A DNA stretch of 37,937 nucleotides, from positions 1 through 37,937 of IMG/VR virus record IMGVR_UViG_3300037515_000363; one strand, 5' to 3'. The DNA is from a virus (lineage: Duplodnaviria > Caudoviricetes). Numbering within the stretch: position 1 is the first letter of the stretch; each line of letters starts with the position of its first letter. Shown here in pieces: positions 35,518 through 37,937 of this stretch. The translations under genes were made by a program, and so were the position numbers. The notes beneath the pieces are model-generated. The model saw only the letters and a list, made by a program, of their open reading frames with translations, did no database searches and had not been told where the DNA came from.

Positions 35518-35907
35518 TCACTCTTGAGTGAATGTATCTTGCCAAGACCCGGGTGCATTATGCGAACTCCAGCTGCGCCAGTGGCTGGTATTAAACATTG
35601 TGTTATAACTCAAACTGAATTCGACCGCCGCGGCGGTACGTTCCTCTATATTGTCAAGCCCTTCAATAATCATCCCATGGTATTTCATCCCTACTTCAGC
35701 CCCCTGACCTAGTTCTGAATATTCACATGCAACCAGCTTACTCTGGCCCATATAGCCCAGGAAAAACCCACAAATAATAGCTTGCATGGCCTCGGCATCT
35801 AGACTGGGGATGCCGGTTTTATTGTCATCCATTAAAAACTGTAGTTGCTGATCCACTTCTTGCTTTGGTATAGCATCAAGCAGTTCAAATTTCTGTTGAT
35901 TTATCAT
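35518..35907 (-). CDS. Hypothetical protein
   Basis: 129 aa, RBS present, overlaps the upstream gene. Confidence 0.65.
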   Translation of the reverse strand: MINQQKFELLDAIPKQEVDQQLQFLMDDNKTGIPSLDAEAMQAIICGFFLGYMGQSKLVACEYSELGQGAEVGMKYHGMIIEGLDNIEERTAAAVEFSLSYNTMFNTSHWRSWSSHNAPGSWQDTFTQE

Positions 35908-36142
35908 GATCTCTTTCCTCTTCTTCTATTTCTTCAAGTTCTTTTACACATGCCGGACAGGCGTTCGCCCCTGTCTCGCCGTCTCTTTCATAGGCTCTCC
36001 ATCCCAGCTTTTGCAGTTTGATTGCGCCATCGTCTTTGCTCGTGGCGGGGATAGTTTCCTCGTTGGTACAGTTGCAGCAAATGCAGTGCACCATAGTGAT
36101 CATGTCTATCTCTGCCGTGTCAGGCTTCTTTAAAATAAGCAT
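35885..36142 (-). CDS. Small Cys-rich (zinc-binding) protein
   Basis: CICCNC...GW...CPAC; GGAGG RBS. Confidence 0.65.
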   Translation of the reverse strand: MLILKKPDTAEIDMITMVHCICCNCTNEETIPATSKDDGAIKLQKLGWRAYERDGETGANACPACVKELEEIEEEERDHDKSTEI

Positions 36143-36402
36143 TCCAACCTCCTAGCCTCACTCAGCAGTAGACCTATAGTCTCGAAGTTATCGATCATGA
36201 AAACCCATTGGTCATCGAACACGCCTATTTCCTCGCCGGTACCAGCATGCTTTATGTTGAAGACAATTTCAGGTGCGTTTGGATCGGGCTTAAGTTCAGT
36301 CACTTCCACCAGCCCACCAGCCCAGCCGCCCACAGGCAGGGTGATAAGCTGCTTTCCTAACAAGAGTGGCCCAAATGTGTCTATCAATGCTTGTGCTTGC
36401 AT
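36130..36402 (-). CDS. Hypothetical protein
   Basis: 90 aa; GGAGG RBS. Confidence 0.65.
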   Translation of the reverse strand: MQAQALIDTFGPLLLGKQLITLPVGGWAGGLVEVTELKPDPNAPEIVFNIKHAGTGEEIGVFDDQWVFMIDNFETIGLLLSEARRLECLF

Positions 36403-36410
36403 TTGGCCTC

Positions 36411-36557
36411 CTATGCCGCAAATTTCAAGAGTGAAGCTTGAACATGACCTTTACAGTAGGTCAGGGCGTATTGGCGCAGGAGAGCCAAGTAATAGGGGTT
36501 GTTGCGATTTTCGAGCAGATTTAATCTTCTAACAGTGTTATATTCATCAACAGACAT
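36411..36557 (-). CDS. Small hypothetical protein (48 aa), absent from the ORF track
   Basis: AAGGA RBS; MSVDEYNTVRRLNLLENRNNPYYLALLRQY...; fills the operon gap. Confidence 0.55.
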   Translation of the reverse strand: MSVDEYNTVRRLNLLENRNNPYYLALLRQYALTYCKGHVQASLLKFAA

Positions 36558-36589
36558 AATCATATCCTTAGTCGGGTTTCATTGTGTTG

Positions 36590-36620
36590 TGCGGGGGATA
36601 GGTTGCCGCCTTACCCCGCA
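36590..36620. other. GC-rich hairpin downstream of the RHH gene
   Basis: TGCGGGG...AGG-N6-CCT...CCCCGCA; no clear U tract. Confidence 0.5.
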
Positions 36621-36625
36621 TTCAT

Positions 36626-36937
36626 TTACTTCCTATCGTGCCAACTCCAAGTTTCATCTTCATCAAACTGATACTTACCCTTACCGTCTTCATATTTTTC
36701 AAACAAATCAAGCAGAGCTTCGGTAATAAGCATTCTCATCGTCACAGCTTTATCATCGTCTGTTCCGGTTGCAGTTCCCAGATTCTTCAAGGCCTTATGA
36801 ACGCGCTTATCGAGATCAACACGACCATTAGTAATCGGCCCATCTAAGTAATTTTCCTCACGCATCACTTCACGCATAGCAGCATCTTTAGCTGCATGAC
36901 CTGATTTTGATCCTGATTTTATTCCTAGCTTAGTCAT
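36626..36937 (-). CDS. Centromere-binding partition protein, ribbon-helix-helix type (ParG-like)
   Basis: Coupled to parA; flexible N-terminus, then [13 protein letters not shown]...[14 protein letters not shown]. Confidence 0.75.
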   Translation of the reverse strand: MTKLGIKSGSKSGHAAKDAAMREVMREENYLDGPITNGRVDLDKRVHKALKNLGTATGTDDDKAVTMRMLITEALLDLFEKYEDGKGKYQFDEDETWSWHDRK

Positions 36938-37568
36938 TGATGAACTCTCTCAATTCTTTGGCTATTTGGCGCATTTCAAACGCAGCTGGATGGTCTTTAT
37001 CCAGTTCAACTACACTGCTGCCATCTTTAGCTGTTTCTGCATAAACCACACTTCTTGTTGTACCTGAGCGGAACACTGGCAGCTCATAGGCCGCTAATGC
37101 ATCTTTTACTTCATGGCTGAGTCTGGTGTTCTTAATCGACATGGTAACTAAGAATGCGGCTTTAGGGCGGCCATCAGTTACTTCCTGCCTAACCTTGATA
37201 ATGTCAACGAGATCAGCACATGCCCAAATGTCATAGGGTGACGGTGTAGATGGGATTAGAACTACATCAGCAGCCTTAACAGCTGCGGCAGCCAGGTCTG
37301 CAACTTGAGGCGCTCCGTCTATAATTACCCAATCATATCCCCTAGCCACTTTTGGCAAGTCTCTAACTAAATTCTTACCCATCTGAACGACAGGAAAGGT
37401 ATCTTCTTTGGTCTGTTCTGATGACCAGTCAGTAGCACTGCCTTGCGGATCTAAGTCGACCAGTAGAACTGAGTCTCCTTCAGAATACAGTTGGCATGCT
37501 AAGTTTGTGGCTGTGGTCGTTTTCCCTACACCACCCTTTTGATTTGCTATGGCTACAATCTTGGCCAT
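36930..37568 (-). CDS. parA: Partition ATPase, short type Ib (ParF-like)
   Basis: [24 protein letters not shown]; ATG 37568 with GGAG RBS. Confidence 0.93.
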   Translation of the reverse strand: MAKIVAIANQKGGVGKTTTATNLACQLYSEGDSVLLVDLDPQGSATDWSSEQTKEDTFPVVQMGKNLVRDLPKVARGYDWVIIDGAPQVADLAAAAVKAADVVLIPSTPSPYDIWACADLVDIIKVRQEVTDGRPKAAFLVTMSIKNTRLSHEVKDALAAYELPVFRSGTTRSVVYAETAKDGSSVVELDKDHPAAFEMRQIAKELREFIND

Positions 37569-37608
37569 ATTGATTCTCCCTAGTCGGTTATGCCGTTTTG
37601 GCATTGAC

Positions 37609-37655
37609 AATATAAGGTAAAATAAACATTTGTACAAATGTTTATTTGTTGATAA
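37609..37655 (-). promoter_or_regulatory. parA promoter overlapped by repeat array 5 and a perfect 28-bp palindrome
   Basis: Minus-strand TTGTAC (37632-37637)-17 bp-TATATT (37609-37614); AAATAAACATTTGTACAAATGTTTATTT at 37620-37647. Confidence 0.75.
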
Positions 37656-37937
37656 TTCCTAGGAGGTAGTAAATGAAATGGCTAAGTCCTTACCAAATTA
37701 TATTAAACCATTGTTTGTAACATCATTTTACTGACTGCAAGTTTGAGTTACAGAGAAAGGATTGCAAGTGTATCTGACGTGCACTGCGACGCTTCATAAG
37801 AGAAACTACGGCTTTAGTTCATCACGTGCCTATACTATGAGGTTGTTTTACTCGCGATGCATTGGTAGTGCATTTTGATGTGATCTAGGCTGTCTTTGCT
37901 AATGACGATAAAAATAGCAAAGCATGACAGTCTAGAA

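Larger units (their letters stand above)
1..37937. mobile_element. Linear plasmid-like temperate prophage (N15/VP882-like), near complete
   Basis: Protelomerase, RepA primase-helicase, ParA/RHH, cI/cro/Q and full head and contractile tail gene sets; no integrase; telN and par at opposite ends with cos internal. Confidence 0.95.

Noticed and set aside
37569-37637. N-terminal extension of ParA in the ORF track
   Set aside because: It overlaps the predicted promoter; ATG 37568 has an RBS and gives the standard short ParA start.
37620-37647. 28-bp perfect palindrome as the protelomerase target (telRL)
   Set aside because: It is built from the same octamers as the four other arrays and is centred on the parA -35, so an operator/centromere fits better. 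Not fully excluded; an in vitro TelN cleavage assay would decide.
37720-37937. Telomere half-site or structured RNA at the right end
   Set aside because: Only TCTAGA and a weak TGCACTGC/GTAGTGCA pairing are visible; a half-site cannot be recognised without the other end.

Overview
The window is almost the whole genome of a temperate linear-plasmid phage of the N15/VP882/HAP-1 type. It has a lambda-like cos/terminase/portal head module and a P2-like contractile tail. The host is probably a gammaproteobacterium (inferred, not determinable here). Gene order matches the prophage (cos-joined) form: protelomerase (5' end cut off by the window edge), a small regulatory island, repA primase-helicase (-), cI/cro, Q, rdgC, late promoter, lysis genes, an internal cos site, head and tail genes, and a leftward parA/RHH operon at the right end. 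No telomere palindrome is visible. The most notable signals are: (1) an XRE regulator with a divergent small ORF between telN and repA, accompanied by a serine-resolvase domain lacking catalytic arginines; (2) five dispersed arrays of an 8-bp-period ACAAAT-like repeat in front of repA, Q, the late operon, terminase and parA; (3) a two-type tandem repeat (A-A-B-A-B-B-B; 159 and 138 bp) inside the tape measure gene; (4) a candidate antisense RNA and leader peptide in the repA leader; (5) a lambda-like cosQ/cosN/cosB region; (6) a P2-type -1 frameshift in the tail chaperone. All calls come from reading motifs and synteny by eye; no searches were run.
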